DNA from: an uncultured Alphaproteobacteria bacterium
GTDB taxonomy: Bacteria > Pseudomonadota > Alphaproteobacteria > Sphingomonadales > Sphingomonadaceae
DNA length: 64,000 bases
Assembly (NCBI GenBank): GCA_963824845.1
Contig: CAWGRB010000010.1
Location: forward strand, 7,091 to 71,090
Reading direction: 5' to 3'
Shown here: piece by piece, positions 14,604 to 25,301 of the stretch
Numbering within the stretch: position 1 is the stretch's first letter
Layout: every line of letters begins with the position of its first letter
Notes under the pieces: model-generated
Told to the model about the DNA's origin: nothing
The model's database searches: none
What the model saw: only the letters and a program-made list of their open reading frames with translations
Program-made: the position numbers and the translations under genes

Positions 14604-15886
14604 CCGACAAGACCGTAGCCCTCACCACCCCGGCCGGGAATTTCGATTACCCGGTGCTGGATGGCTCCGTCGGTCCCGAAGTGATCGACATCCGCAAGCT
14701 CTATGCGCAGACGGGCATGTTCACCTACGACCCGGGCTTCACGTCGACGGCGAGCTGCGAAAGCGCGATCACCTATATCGACGGCGAAAAGGGCATCCTG
14801 CTCCACCGCGGCTATCCGATCGAGCAACTCGCCGAGCATTCGTCCTTCATGGAAGTCGCCTACCTGCTGATCCACGGCGAGCTGCCGACGCGCTCGGAGC
14901 TCGACTCCTGGGTGCACACGATCAGCCGCCACACGATGGTTCACGAGCAGCTCGCGACCTTCTTCCGCGGCTTCCGGCGCGACGCCCACCCGATGTCGAT
15001 CATGTGCGGCGTCGTCGGCGCGCTGTCGGCCTTCTACCACGACAGCACCGACATCACCGATCCCGCCCAGCGCATGATCGCATCGCACCGGCTGATCGCC
15101 AAGATGCCGACGCTGGTCGCGATGGCTTACAAGTACAGCCTCGGCCAGCCCTTCATGTTCCCGCAGAACAGCCTGAGCTTCACCGGGAATTTCCTGCGCA
15201 TGACGTTCGGCGTTCCGGCCGAGCCCTATGAGGTCAATCCGATCATCGAGCGCGCGATGCGGCGCATCTTCATCCTCCACGCCGACCACGAGCAGAATGC
15301 GTCGACCTCGACGGTGCGCCTTGCCGGGTCGTCCGGCGCGAACCCGTTCGCCTGCATCGCGGCCGGCATCGCCTGCCTGTGGGGGCCTGCCCACGGCGGC
15401 GCCAACGAGGCCGCACTCAACATGCTTCGCGAGATCGGACGGCCCGAGCGCATCCCCGAATATATCGCCCGCGCAAAGGACAAGAACGACCCGTTCCGGC
15501 TGATGGGCTTCGGCCACCGCGTCTACAAGAACTTCGACCCGCGCGCGAAGGTGATGAAGGAAACCGCCGAGGAAGTGCTGAAGGAGATGGGCGTCAGCGA
15601 TCCCGTCTTCGACGTCGCCCGCGAACTCGAGCAGATCGCGCTCAAGGACGAATATTTCATCGAGAAGAAGCTCTATCCGAACGTCGATTTCTATTCGGGG
15701 ATCATCCTGTCGGCGATCGGCTTCCCGACCGACATGTTCACGGCGCTGTTCGCGCTTGCCCGGACGGTCGGCTGGGTCGCGCAGTGGAACGAGATGATTT
15801 CCGACCCCGAGCAGAAGATCGGCCGCCCGCGGCAGCTCTACATCGGCGCGACCCAGCGCGACTACGTTCCGGTCGACAAGCGCTAG
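14600..15886 (+). CDS. gltA: citrate synthase (type II)
   Basis: [50 protein letters not shown]. Confidence 0.99.
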   Translation: MTDKTVALTTPAGNFDYPVLDGSVGPEVIDIRKLYAQTGMFTYDPGFTSTASCESAITYIDGEKGILLHRGYPIEQLAEHSSFMEVAYLLIHGELPTRSELDSWVHTISRHTMVHEQLATFFRGFRRDAHPMSIMCGVVGALSAFYHDSTDITDPAQRMIASHRLIAKMPTLVAMAYKYSLGQPFMFPQNSLSFTGNFLRMTFGVPAEPYEVNPIIERAMRRIFILHADHEQNASTSTVRLAGSSGANPFACIAAGIACLWGPAHGGANEAALNMLREIGRPERIPEYIARAKDKNDPFRLMGFGHRVYKNFDPRAKVMKETAEEVLKEMGVSDPVFDVARELEQIALKDEYFIEKKLYPNVDFYSGIILSAIGFPTDMFTALFALARTVGWVAQWNEMISDPEQKIGRPRQLYIGATQRDYVPVDKR

Positions 15887-15895
15887 GCTGCCCGC

Positions 15896-17233
15896 TCAGG
15901 CGCTCGGCAGGGTGAGCGTGAACCGCGAGCCCTGGCCGAGGCCGCTTTCCAGAGTGACATCGCCGCCCATCGAGCGCGCGAGCCGGCGCGAGATGGCGAG
16001 GCCGAGGCCGGTGCCGCCGGCCCTCTCGTCGGCGCGTTCGAAGCGTTCGAAGATTCGCTGCTGGTCCGCAGGCTCGATTCCCGGGCCGCGATCGGCAACG
16101 GTCACCGACGCCGTTCCCGCGGTTCGTGAGAATTGCAGCTGGACCGAGGCGCCTTCCGGCGAGTGACGGACGGCGTTGCCGATCAGGTTGACGAGGATCT
16201 GGATCACCGCCCGCTCCTCGCCGTTCGCCGGCAGCGAGCGGGTAGCGTCGAAACCGATCTGGATGTGGCGCTCTTCAGCCTGCGCTTCCAGCATCACCAC
16301 CGCTTCGGCCGCAAGCGCGGCGAGATCGACGCTGGTGTGGCCTTGCGCGGGGTCCTCGCTCATCGACTGGATGACCGAGAGCAGATGCCGCGCCGCCGTG
16401 GCGATGTCGCCGCCGTAGCTTGCGTAGTTGTTGCGCAGCGGACCATCCGCCCGTTCGACGATCCGTTCGGCAGTCTCGATGATGCGGTCGAGCGGCGAGC
16501 GAAGCGCCTCGTCGAGCGCGTGATCGAACGCCGCCGTTCGGGTCGGGACGACGCTGGCTTGTGCAGGCTCCTGCCGGGTTTCGGCAGTCCCGCGAAAACC
16601 GGCGAAGCCGCCGTCGGGGTTCGTCACCACATCCGCGGCAAGGACCAGGGTGCGCTCGTCGTCGCCGCGGCTTCGGGCCGGCTGGCCGGTGAAGGCGCGG
16701 CGGCCGGCAAGCCCCATCACCAGCGGCATTTCGCCAAGCTCATCTTCTTCGAGGCGAAGGACGCGGGTCAGCGGCTGCCCGGCAGCTTCGCCGAGATCGA
16801 TGCCGAGATACTCGGCAAGGTTGTTGGACATGGCGATGAGCCGAAGTTCCTCGTCCGCGCTCCATTCGTTGCGGTCGGCATTGGCGTCGCCTTCCGTCGC
16901 GCCCCCTAGCAAGGCGGCCAGCCTCGGCGGAGCGGCGGGGTGCCGCGTCCAGTTCTCGAGCGATAGAAGGACGTCGTCATGATCCGGCGTGGCGCTCACC
17001 CAGACGTCGATGTCCTCCTCAGCCGACGCGACCATGGCCGGGCGCGACACCGGGATGCCGAGCTTGCGGGCGAGTTCGGCGATCGCAGCCACTTGCGGAA
17101 GCGCCAGCGCCTTGCCGACGCTCGAGCCGGCCTCGCGCTGCAGCTGCTCGAGCTCGGGATCGGCGCGGACCAGCCGGCCGGAGCCGTCGATGCGGCCGGT
17201 AATCCGCCGTGGCTCGATCGGAGCGCTTGCCAT
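15896..17233 (-). CDS. histidine-kinase-like protein (PAS-like + DHp + HATPase) lacking the canonical H-box His
   Basis: N box NLIGNAVRH, G1 DRGPGI, F box IFERF, G2 GTGLGL; H-box reads LDEALRSPL. Confidence 0.9.
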   Translation of the reverse strand: MASAPIEPRRITGRIDGSGRLVRADPELEQLQREAGSSVGKALALPQVAAIAELARKLGIPVSRPAMVASAEEDIDVWVSATPDHDDVLLSLENWTRHPAAPPRLAALLGGATEGDANADRNEWSADEELRLIAMSNNLAEYLGIDLGEAAGQPLTRVLRLEEDELGEMPLVMGLAGRRAFTGQPARSRGDDERTLVLAADVVTNPDGGFAGFRGTAETRQEPAQASVVPTRTAAFDHALDEALRSPLDRIIETAERIVERADGPLRNNYASYGGDIATAARHLLSVIQSMSEDPAQGHTSVDLAALAAEAVVMLEAQAEERHIQIGFDATRSLPANGEERAVIQILVNLIGNAVRHSPEGASVQLQFSRTAGTASVTVADRGPGIEPADQQRIFERFERADERAGGTGLGLAISRRLARSMGGDVTLESGLGQGSRFTLTLPSA

Positions 17234-18273
17234 CAGCGGTCCTCGATGGCGGCGACGGCGCCGCGATAATGGGGATCGGTCGTCAGCCAGGCGCGGGCAT
17301 CCTCGACCTCCTGATCGCTGAGGCCGTCGAAAACGGAGATTGCGCGGCCCGGATCGTCGATGCCGAGAAGATCGCCAATGCCGGCGAGCAGGCCCGCCGC
17401 CGACTGGCGCGACAGGCCCCCCATCCGAAACACTGCCATGGACCGGCGCGGATCGCCGGACATCAGCTCGTCGAAGGCAATCCCGCCACGGACGTCGGCG
17501 CGGCGAGCGAGTGCATGGGCGACGAAGATCATTTCACCTTCGAGCCCGGCGCTGACGATCAAGTCGTCGGAGAGGGCGCGCTCCTCGTCGAGGAGGCGGG
17601 TGAGAGTCGAGGACAGGGCCTCGATGCTGCTCGACGGGTCCTGACGGGTGAGGATGTCGCAGCCGGCATCGGCAAGGATGCGGTCGACCTCGGCTGCGGA
17701 GCGGCTGTTCAGAAGCTCGCTTCGGAGCGCCGCGGCAATCGCGAAGACGAGGGCCGAAGCTTCCTCGACCGGCAAGTCGTCGAAATGAACAAGGCACTGA
17801 CCGAAGCGATCGCGGCGGCGGCCGCGAGCGATGATCAGCGACATCGCCGCAGCGGCGACCGCACCGTCGGAATGGCTGACCAGCCCCTGCAGCACCCGAG
17901 CGTCATGACGGCCGGTGCGGGCCTTGGCAGCCGTCGAAATTCGCTCCTCGTCGGCGCGGCGAAGAAGCAGGCGGACCAGCCAGGCGCGATCGAGCAGGCA
18001 AGCGTCGGACAGGCACTGGATGACCGGTCGGGTGCTGCCGTCATTGGCGGCAGCCGACACGGGCAGTGATGCGCGGAGCTCGTCGACCACATCGCTCACC
18101 AGACAGTGCAGCATGGCGGTCATCAGCGCCCGCTCCTGCTCGGTCAGGCGCTCGCCCGGATCGAGGAAGAAATCGGCGCGGACAGTGCGCAGCCGGTCGC
18201 GCCCGCGGGCACGCGGTTGGTGAGGTGGCGGCGCGCCTGCGACAGCGCCAATCGGCCATTCTTCCGGCATCAT
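17233..18273 (-). CDS. hypothetical protein, DUF2336-like
   Basis: Intact helical ORF (DFFLDPGERLTEQERALM; RRRDRFGQ..DDLP); stop overlaps the kinase start. Family assignment is by resemblance only. Confidence 0.65.
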   Translation of the reverse strand: MMPEEWPIGAVAGAPPPHQPRARGRDRLRTVRADFFLDPGERLTEQERALMTAMLHCLVSDVVDELRASLPVSAAANDGSTRPVIQCLSDACLLDRAWLVRLLLRRADEERISTAAKARTGRHDARVLQGLVSHSDGAVAAAAMSLIIARGRRRDRFGQCLVHFDDLPVEEASALVFAIAAALRSELLNSRSAAEVDRILADAGCDILTRQDPSSSIEALSSTLTRLLDEERALSDDLIVSAGLEGEMIFVAHALARRADVRGGIAFDELMSGDPRRSMAVFRMGGLSRQSAAGLLAGIGDLLGIDDPGRAISVFDGLSDQEVEDARAWLTTDPHYRGAVAAIEDR

Positions 18274-18297
18274 CAGACACCGTGTATCCAATCGGGG

Positions 18298-18313
18298 TTA
18301 ACTCCGCGTCAAC
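18298..18313. promoter_or_regulatory. CtrA-box-like site
   Basis: TTAA-N7-TCAAC, one mismatch to TTAA-N7-TTAAC, just upstream of the DUF2336-like gene; TTAA is rare in this GC-rich DNA. Confidence 0.5.
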
Positions 18314-19489
18314 TCCGCGATCGTCCGCCGCACATGCTGCACAAGAAAGAAGCTCGCACCGGAATAGACCAGCAGCGCGATGAGATAGGAGGTCCACGCC
18401 CCCGCGAGTGCAAACGGGATGGCGAGGAAAATCGCGTTGCGCCGGGAGAATAGCCAGATATCGGTCTCGCGCGCGTGCGGCTGCGACTCGATCCGCGCCG
18501 CTTCGGCGAAGGCAGCGGCGGCGAATGCGGTGACCAGGGCCCCCCAGCCGGTGTTGTGTCGCATCTCCCAGAAACCGAGCGCTGCAAGCGCCAGCCCGGC
18601 GGCGGGCCACAGCAGACGGCGCAGCCATGGAGCCGGCGGCAACGGCCGCAGGCGAAGAACCGCCAGCCGGGCGGCGATGAGGTCGAGCGGGGCCGACAGG
18701 CAGAGGCAGACGAGGCCGGCACCGAGCCAGCCGCGAGTGAATGTCACGGCGGCCGCAAGGGTGAGCAGAAGCGCCGCCCACAACAGCCATGCCGGGCGAA
18801 TCGAACTGTCCATCAGCTGAGCGGTCGCCAACTCCTCGACCGGAGACAGCAGGTAGCGGCTGGCCCAGTCATCGCGTGGCTGGCGCGACGCCGCGAGCAG
18901 ATTGCTTTCGAACGTCTGGAGCTGTCCCGGCGTCTCGACCAGCAGAGGCTCAAGATCCCCTTGAACGGCGATCCGCGCCGCGCCCTCCTGGACCGCCCTT
19001 CGCAGAAGTGTCGACTGGAGATCCCAATCGCCAAGGATCGCCGCGGTCGCGGCGAGCATCGGCGAATCGACGACGGCAACCCCGGCCCAACGCGACTGAG
19101 CGTCGATCCGCTCGTGCTGCTGATGCCCGTCGTCGTCCGGAACGACGGCGATGACCGGCTCGGCGTCGGCGGCCATATCGAGCAGGAGCTGAGCCGGCGG
19201 CGCGATGCCGTCGCCGATCAGGAGAATCGCCGAACCCGCTTCGAAGCGCGAGGCGACCTCGCGCACGTCGCTGACCGGGAACACGCCGTAGCCGTCGCTG
19301 CGCAGCCGTTCGAACGCATCCTGCAAGGCCTGCGGGACGCGTTCGACCATCACGACGACCGGCGCAGCGCCTGCAGCGGAGGCACAGCGCACCTGATATT
19401 CCAGCAAGGATCGGCCGGCGAGCGGCACGAGCGCGCGCAAGCTTCCGGAATCGTCCTCGAGATAGGCGCCAAGAAGCGCGCCTAATGCC
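18298..19489 (-). CDS. membrane protein: degenerate nucleotidyltransferase-like N-terminus plus CDP-alcohol-phosphotransferase-like TM domain
   Basis: RALVPLAGRSLLEYQV resembles NTP-transferase N-termini; RYLLSPV..IRPAWL followed by TM helices with PLDLIAARLA. Confidence 0.65.
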
Positions 19490-19572
19490 ATTCCCCTCCC
19501 CTTCGGCAAGCCGGCGTCGGCACCCTCTCTAATCGCTTTCGCCCACGGGCAAAGATGGTAAACTGCCCGACC

Positions 19573-21881
19573 ATGATCCCGAGCCCACAGCGCGCCGACC
19601 CGCTTGCTCCGCCAGCGGATGAGCCTGAACCGCTTGACCTGACCAGCGACGACGCAGCTGTTCAGCCGGCGTTCGACGCCGATCAGTGGCAGGTAAGCCA
19701 GGCGGAGGCGCAGGGCGCGGGCGGCCGGCAGGTGCTGGGGGCCGCACTGACGATCCTTGCCGCGCTGTGGCTCGCCTATACCGCCTGGTCAGCCGGCCGG
19801 TCGCTCGGCGGGCAGCCGCTGTCGTCGCCGGCAATCGCGCAATGGGTTGCGGTCGCCACCGGCCCGCTGGCGCTGCTTGGCCTCGTCTGGCTGATGTTCG
19901 GCCGCACCCGGCGCAAGGAAGCCGAGCGCTTCACGCGCTCCGTGGTCGCCATGCGGGCCGAAGCGCGATCCCTCGACGCTTTGCTTTCCGTGGTGTCGCA
20001 GCGCATCGTCGATAGCCGGTCGGAACTCTCGACCATGGCGCAGCAGCTCATGCGCCTCGGCGATGAAGCCACCGACAAGCTCGGCGGCCTCACCCGGCAA
20101 TTCGATTCGAGCAGCGAGCGGCTTGCCCGCCACGGCAGCGCGCTCGATCTCGCCGCCGAATCGGCCCGCACAGACATCGCCGTTCTGCTCGACGACCTGC
20201 CGCGCGCCGAAAGCGCAGCGCGGGCCGTCTCCGAACAGCTTCGCGCCATCGGCAGCGATTCTGCTGCGCAAGGCGCGGCGAACTCCAGCAGCAGGTCGCG
20301 GCACTGGCCGAGCGGACCGAGCAGGCGCAATCGAGCGTCAACGCAGCCACTCAGCGGCTGACCGAGCACCTTGCAAGCATCGAAAGCGCCGGCGCCGAAG
20401 CAACCGGACGCCTGAACGAGGCCGAAGTCGAGCTTCTCCGGCTCGCTCGACTCCCTCCTCGAACGGACGACGGCGACTCTCGACCGAATCCGCGAGGGAA
20501 TCGACGCGCAATCGTCGGCGGTGTCGGCGCTGGTCGAGCAAGCCTCCGCCGGGATCGGCCGCACGGGCGCCGAAGCCGCGGAAGGCCTTGCCGGCAACCT
20601 CGACCGCGCCAGCGCAGCGATCGAGGGCCTGTCGAGCCAGGTCGCCGAGCAGGAGCGCTCGTCGCAGCGCATGCTCGGCGAGATCGACCGCGGCCTCGCC
20701 CTTATCGACGAGCGTTTCACCGAATTGGCCACGAATGGCGACGAGCGCGCCAACCACTTCCTCCGCTCACTGTCGCGGGCCCGATCCGAGCTCGACCAGC
20801 TCGGAGTCGATGCCGGCACACAGGAAACGGCAATCGGCGCCATCCTCGAGCGCACCGCCGCGCTTCGCTACAGCATCGATCGGCTTGCCGACGACGTTCG
20901 CGAAGGGATCGGCACGGCGCTCGGCGAAGCGCAGGGAAGCGCCGACCGCCTGATCGCAAGCGCAGCCGCTGCCAGGCCCGACATAAGCTGGGTGCGCGAC
21001 GCGGCCGTCGAGGCGAGCGAGCGGATCGACGGCACGACCAGTCACATCAGCGAACAGCAGGAGCGGTTCGCTGCACTGCTCGGGAGCCTCGACCTCGGCG
21101 TCAGCGGCGCACAAGCGAGGATCGCCGAGCTTACCGCGGCAATCGCGGGCGCCCAGGTCGACGCCGAAAGCCTGAGCGCGGATACGGCGCCGACGCTGGT
21201 CACGGCGCTGGTGCAGGTCAAGGAGGCCGCGTCTCACGCCGCCGACCGCGCGCGCGAGGCGATCGACGCGATCCTCCCGGAAAGCGCCGGCAAGCTGTCG
21301 AGCGCACTTCGCGAAGCGCTCGAGACCGTCATCCACGAGAGCATCGAGGAGCGCCTTCGCGCGGTCGAGAGTGTAGCGGCCGTGGCCGTCGAATTCGGCG
21401 CGCGCTGCGTCTGACCGCCTGACCCAGCAGCTCGTCAGCCTCGGCCAGAGCGCGGTCGCTCTGGAGCAGCATATCGAGCACACCAGCAGCGAGCAGCGCG
21501 AAAAGGACAGCGAAGCCTTCGCCCGCCGCGTTTCACTATTGATGGATTCCATGAATTCGGCGGCGATCGACGTCGGCAAGATCCTGTCGGACGAAATCGA
21601 CGAGCGCGCCTGGGATTCCTACCTCAAGGGCAATCGCGGCGTGTTCACCAGCCGCGCCGTCCGCCTCCTGGGCGGCGGCGAAACCCGCGCCATCCGAGCC
21701 CATTACGAAGTCGGAACCGGAATTCCAGCAGTCGGTGAACCGCTACGTGCACGATTTCGAAGCGATGCTCCGCCGCGTTCTTGCGGAGCGGGACGGCGGA
21801 ATGATCGCGGTCACCTTGATGTCGTCGGACATGGGCAAGCTCTATGCGGCGCTCGCCCAGGCCCTGGAGCGCCGCCGCTAA
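19573..21881 (+). CDS. membrane-anchored long coiled-coil protein, TipN/GPR-like (frameshifted)
   Basis: Two N-terminal TM helices, long Ala/Glu/Arg-rich helical rod, C-terminal AWDSYLKGNRGVF...VNRYVHDFEAML...SSDMGKLYAALAQA. Confidence 0.75.
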
Positions 21882-22144
21882 AGCCGGCCGTAGATGTCGA
21901 GGTCGTCGGGCGTCACCCAGCCGTACGACCAGTTCAGGTAGAAGAGAACGAACAACACCGCGGCGACGATCGCCGATTTGCGCAGGTGACGCTTCAGGTC
22001 GAAGCGGTGCGGTGCGCTTTCGGCCTGTCCGGGAATCCTGGGCGCGCCCACCTCCTCGTCCGTCTTCACGCCGAACGGCAGCAGCACGAACGCGGTGCCG
22101 CAAATGAACAGGAAATAGATCGCTATGATCGAGGTGAGCTTCAC
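21878..22144 (-). CDS. DUF1467 family membrane protein
   Basis: AIYFLF...LLPFGVKT...GQAESAP. Confidence 0.85.
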   Translation of the reverse strand: MKLTSIIAIYFLFICGTAFVLLPFGVKTDEEVGAPRIPGQAESAPHRFDLKRHLRKSAIVAAVLFVLFYLNWSYGWVTPDDLDIYGRL

Positions 22145-22145
22145 T

Positions 22146-23789
22146 TCAGCGCACCTGCAGCAGGGTCACGTCCACCAGCGGTTTCTTGCCCGTCCATAGA
22201 GTCGCGCAGCGGCGGACGGCCAGGCGGACGGCTTCGCGCGTGCGGGCTTCATCCCCTCCCGGGCTATAGGCGCGCGAGGCGGCGTCGGTGGCGTCGGCGA
22301 TGAAGTCGTCGCGGTCTTCCTCGACCGGCACGCCAAACGGGCGAATCAGCGGAGGTCCAGCGAGCTGGCCCTTGCCGTCGACCGCGACCGCGACGGTGAT
22401 GAGGCCGCTGTAGCCGATGCGCCGGCGTTCGTTGATGGTTGCGCCGTCGGCCGGGAGGATGACGTCGCCGTCGAGCACCAGCTGGCCGACGCGGACTTCG
22501 TCGATCTTCTTCGGTCCGTCCGGCGCGAGGCGGATGACGTCGCCGTTCTTCTGGACCATCGCTTTGGGAACGCCGTGCGAAAGCGCCAGCCGCGCGTGCT
22601 CGGCAAGGTGCCGCGGCTCGCCGTGAACCGGGATGACGATCTCGGGCCGGACCCAATCGTACATCTGCACCAGTTCGGGCCGACCCGGGTGACCGGAGAC
22701 GTGAACATGGGCCTGGCGTTCGGTGACCATCGTCACGCCGAGACCGGACAGCTGGTTCATGATCTGGCCGATGGCGCGTTCGTTGCCAGGGATCACTCGC
22801 GAGGAGAAGATGACGGTGTCGCCGTCGGTGAGCTTGAGCTCGTGAGTGCCACTGGCGATGCGCCCGAGCGCCGCGCGAGGCTCGCCCTGCCCGCCGGTCG
22901 CAATGATCAGTACCTCTGAGCGAGGCAGCCGCATTGCTTCGTCGAAGCTCACCGGCGGCGGAAAATCGAGCAGGTACCCGGTCGATTGGGCAACGCGCAG
23001 GATACGGTCGAGCGAGCGTCCCGCGATGCAGACGCGGCGGCCGGTTTCGTTGGCAACTCGGCCGATCGTCTGCAGACGCGCAGCGTTGGAGGCGAAGGTG
23101 GTGACGAGCACCCGGCCCTTGGCGCCGGCGACCTGCGCGAGGAGCCCGGCGTGGACGCTTTCCTCGGAGCCGGACGCCTGGTCCTGGAAGACATTGGTGG
23201 AATCGCAAACAAGCGCGAGCACGCCCTCGTCGCCGATGGCTTTCAGGACCTCGGTGCTGGGCGCCTCGCCGATCACCGGAGTCTCGTCGATCTTCCAGTC
23301 GCCGGTGTGGAAGACATTGCCGAACGGCGTTTCGATCAGCAGGCCGTTGCCTTCCGGAATCGAGTGCGACAGCGCGACGAAGGTGATCCGGAACGGGCCG
23401 ATCTCGACGGTGCCGCCGCGCTTCACCGTGTTGAGCTGGACGTGACCGGTGAGCCCCTCCTCCTCGAGCTTGCCGGCAATCAGCCCTGCGGTGAACGGCG
23501 TTGCGTACAGCGGCGCCTTCAGCTCCTCGGCGAGATACGGCAGAGCGCCGATATGATCCTCGTGCCCGTGCGTGAGGACGATGCCGGCGAGCCGCTCTTG
23601 CCGGGCCTCGATGAACTCAAGCTCCGGCAGGATCAGCTCGACTCCCGGGTAGCTGGCGTCGGCGAAAGTCAGGCCAAGGTCGACCATGATCCACTGGCCG
23701 CGGCAGCCGTAGAGGTTGACGTTCATGCCGATCTCGCCCGAACCGCCGAGCGCGCAGAAAATCAGGTCTTCACCGGGGATCATTGGCAA
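22146..23789 (-). CDS. rnj: ribonuclease J
   Basis: LGGSGEIGMN, THGHEDHIG, HTGDWKID, TGGQGEP, HVSGH, PVHGE. Confidence 0.97.
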   Translation of the reverse strand: MPMIPGEDLIFCALGGSGEIGMNVNLYGCRGQWIMVDLGLTFADASYPGVELILPELEFIEARQERLAGIVLTHGHEDHIGALPYLAEELKAPLYATPFTAGLIAGKLEEEGLTGHVQLNTVKRGGTVEIGPFRITFVALSHSIPEGNGLLIETPFGNVFHTGDWKIDETPVIGEAPSTEVLKAIGDEGVLALVCDSTNVFQDQASGSEESVHAGLLAQVAGAKGRVLVTTFASNAARLQTIGRVANETGRRVCIAGRSLDRILRVAQSTGYLLDFPPPVSFDEAMRLPRSEVLIIATGGQGEPRAALGRIASGTHELKLTDGDTVIFSSRVIPGNERAIGQIMNQLSGLGVTMVTERQAHVHVSGHPGRPELVQMYDWVRPEIVIPVHGEPRHLAEHARLALSHGVPKAMVQKNGDVIRLAPDGPKKIDEVRVGQLVLDGDVILPADGATINERRRIGYSGLITVAVAVDGKGQLAGPPLIRPFGVPVEEDRDDFIADATDAASRAYSPGGDEARTREAVRLAVRRCATLWTGKKPLVDVTLLQVR

Positions 23790-23793
23790 CGAG

Positions 23794-24582
23794 TCACTTC
23801 GCTTTGCTGGTCGCGATTTCGTGGAGCAAACTCAAGCCCTGGATGGTGAGGTCGGGCTCGATCGCGTCGAAGGCGTCGGTGTGCTTGTCGAACAATGCGG
23901 CGAGCCCCCCGGTCGCAATGACCGTGACGGGCCGGCCAAGCTCGCTTGCAATGCGCCGGGTCAGGCCTTCGATCATGGCGACGTAGCCCCAGTAGATGCC
24001 GATCGTCATTTGCGACTGGGTCGTGCGGCCGATCACCGAGAGATCGCCAGAGGGTGCTTCGATGGCAATGCGGGGAAGCTTGGCGGTCGCATTGACCAGC
24101 GCGTCGAGCGACAGGTTGATGCCCGGCGCGATGATCCCGCCCTTGTAGGCGCCGGCCGCGTCGACGACGTCGAAGGTCGTAGCGGTCCCGAAGTCGATGA
24201 CGATCAGGTCGCCCGGGTGCCTGGCATGGGCGGCGATGACGTTGAGCGCCCGGTCGGCGCCGACATTCTGCGGCTCGTCGACGTCGAGCGGCATCGGCCA
24301 CGCCGCCTTGCCCTGGCCGGCAACCAGTGGATCGGCATGGAAGTATTTGGCCGCAAGCACCTCGAGGTTGTGAAGCGCGCGGGGAACGACCGTCGCGATG
24401 ATCACCGAACTCACGTCGCTGCTCGAATAGCCTTCGAGTTCGAGCAGTTGGTGAAGCCAGACCGCATATTCGTCGGCGGTTCGCCTGGGGTCCGTGGCGA
24501 TCCGCCAGCGGGCCTTGATCGTGCCGCCATCGACGAGTGCAAACACGAGATTGGTATTCCCGGCGTCGACGGCAAGCAGCAT
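23794..24582 (-). CDS. coaX: type III pantothenate kinase
   Basis: [27 protein letters not shown]. Confidence 0.97.
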   Translation of the reverse strand: MLLAVDAGNTNLVFALVDGGTIKARWRIATDPRRTADEYAVWLHQLLELEGYSSSDVSSVIIATVVPRALHNLEVLAAKYFHADPLVAGQGKAAWPMPLDVDEPQNVGADRALNVIAAHARHPGDLIVIDFGTATTFDVVDAAGAYKGGIIAPGINLSLDALVNATAKLPRIAIEAPSGDLSVIGRTTQSQMTIGIYWGYVAMIEGLTRRIASELGRPVTVIATGGLAALFDKHTDAFDAIEPDLTIQGLSLLHEIATSKAK

Positions 24583-24611
24583 GATCGGTGCCTAGACCGG
24601 AGCGGGTTGGT

Positions 24612-25301
24612 TCACAACTCGACGTCGCCGGCGCGGATCACCTCGGTTGAGCCGTTATCGAGGGTGAGCCGCAGGGCCCCGTCGGGCTCAAGACCCGAAA
24701 AACGGCCGCTGACCGCCTCGTCGCTGGAAACGTGAACCGTGAGCGGCGTACCGCGGGGATGCGCGCGTTGCTCCCAGGCGCGCGCAAGCGCCGCACTTTC
24801 GCTGACCCGCCACAGCTGCAGCAGCCGCGCCAAGCTGGCGGCCAGCAGCGGCGCAAACGCCTCTGGAAGAATGGCGCCGCCGAGGGAGGCGGCCTCCCGG
24901 CCAGCCAACGCGGGAGCACTGGCGAGGTTGACGCCAAGGCCGACGACGACCCGGTCGCCGCTGCGCTCGAGCAGGATTCCGGCCAGCTTAGTGCCGCCGA
25001 GCAGGACGTCGTTGGGCCACTTCAGCATCAGCGGCTGGGCCGGAACCGCGACATCCACCGCTTCGATGAGGGCAAGCCCGGCTGCCAGTGAGAGCGTCGG
25101 CGCCGGCGGGTCAGTCGGGCGCAACTGGACGATCGTGCTGCCGTAGAAATTGCCCGCTGCAGGCACCCATTCCCGGCCCTGACGGCCGCGTCCCTGGTCC
25201 TGTTGCAGCGCGACCAGCCAGTCGCCCTCCTGCGCGTTCGGATCGGCAATCAGGTCGGCATTGGTCGAGCCGGTCCGTTCGACGACGCGAATTCGGCTCA
25301 G
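24612..25301 (-). CDS. birA: biotin--[acetyl-CoA-carboxylase] ligase
   Basis: TGSTNADL, QDQGRGRQGREW, GNFYGS, LKWPNDV, KLAGILLE; no canonical start before the conserved N-terminus (CTG at 25301). Confidence 0.93.
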   Translation of the reverse strand: MSRIRVVERTGSTNADLIADPNAQEGDWLVALQQDQGRGRQGREWVPAAGNFYGSTIVQLRPTDPPAPTLSLAAGLALIEAVDVAVPAQPLMLKWPNDVLLGGTKLAGILLERSGDRVVVGLGVNLASAPALAGREAASLGGAILPEAFAPLLAASLARLLQLWRVSESAALARAWEQRAHPRGTPLTVHVSSDEAVSGRFSGLEPDGALRLTLDNGSTEVIRAGDVEL

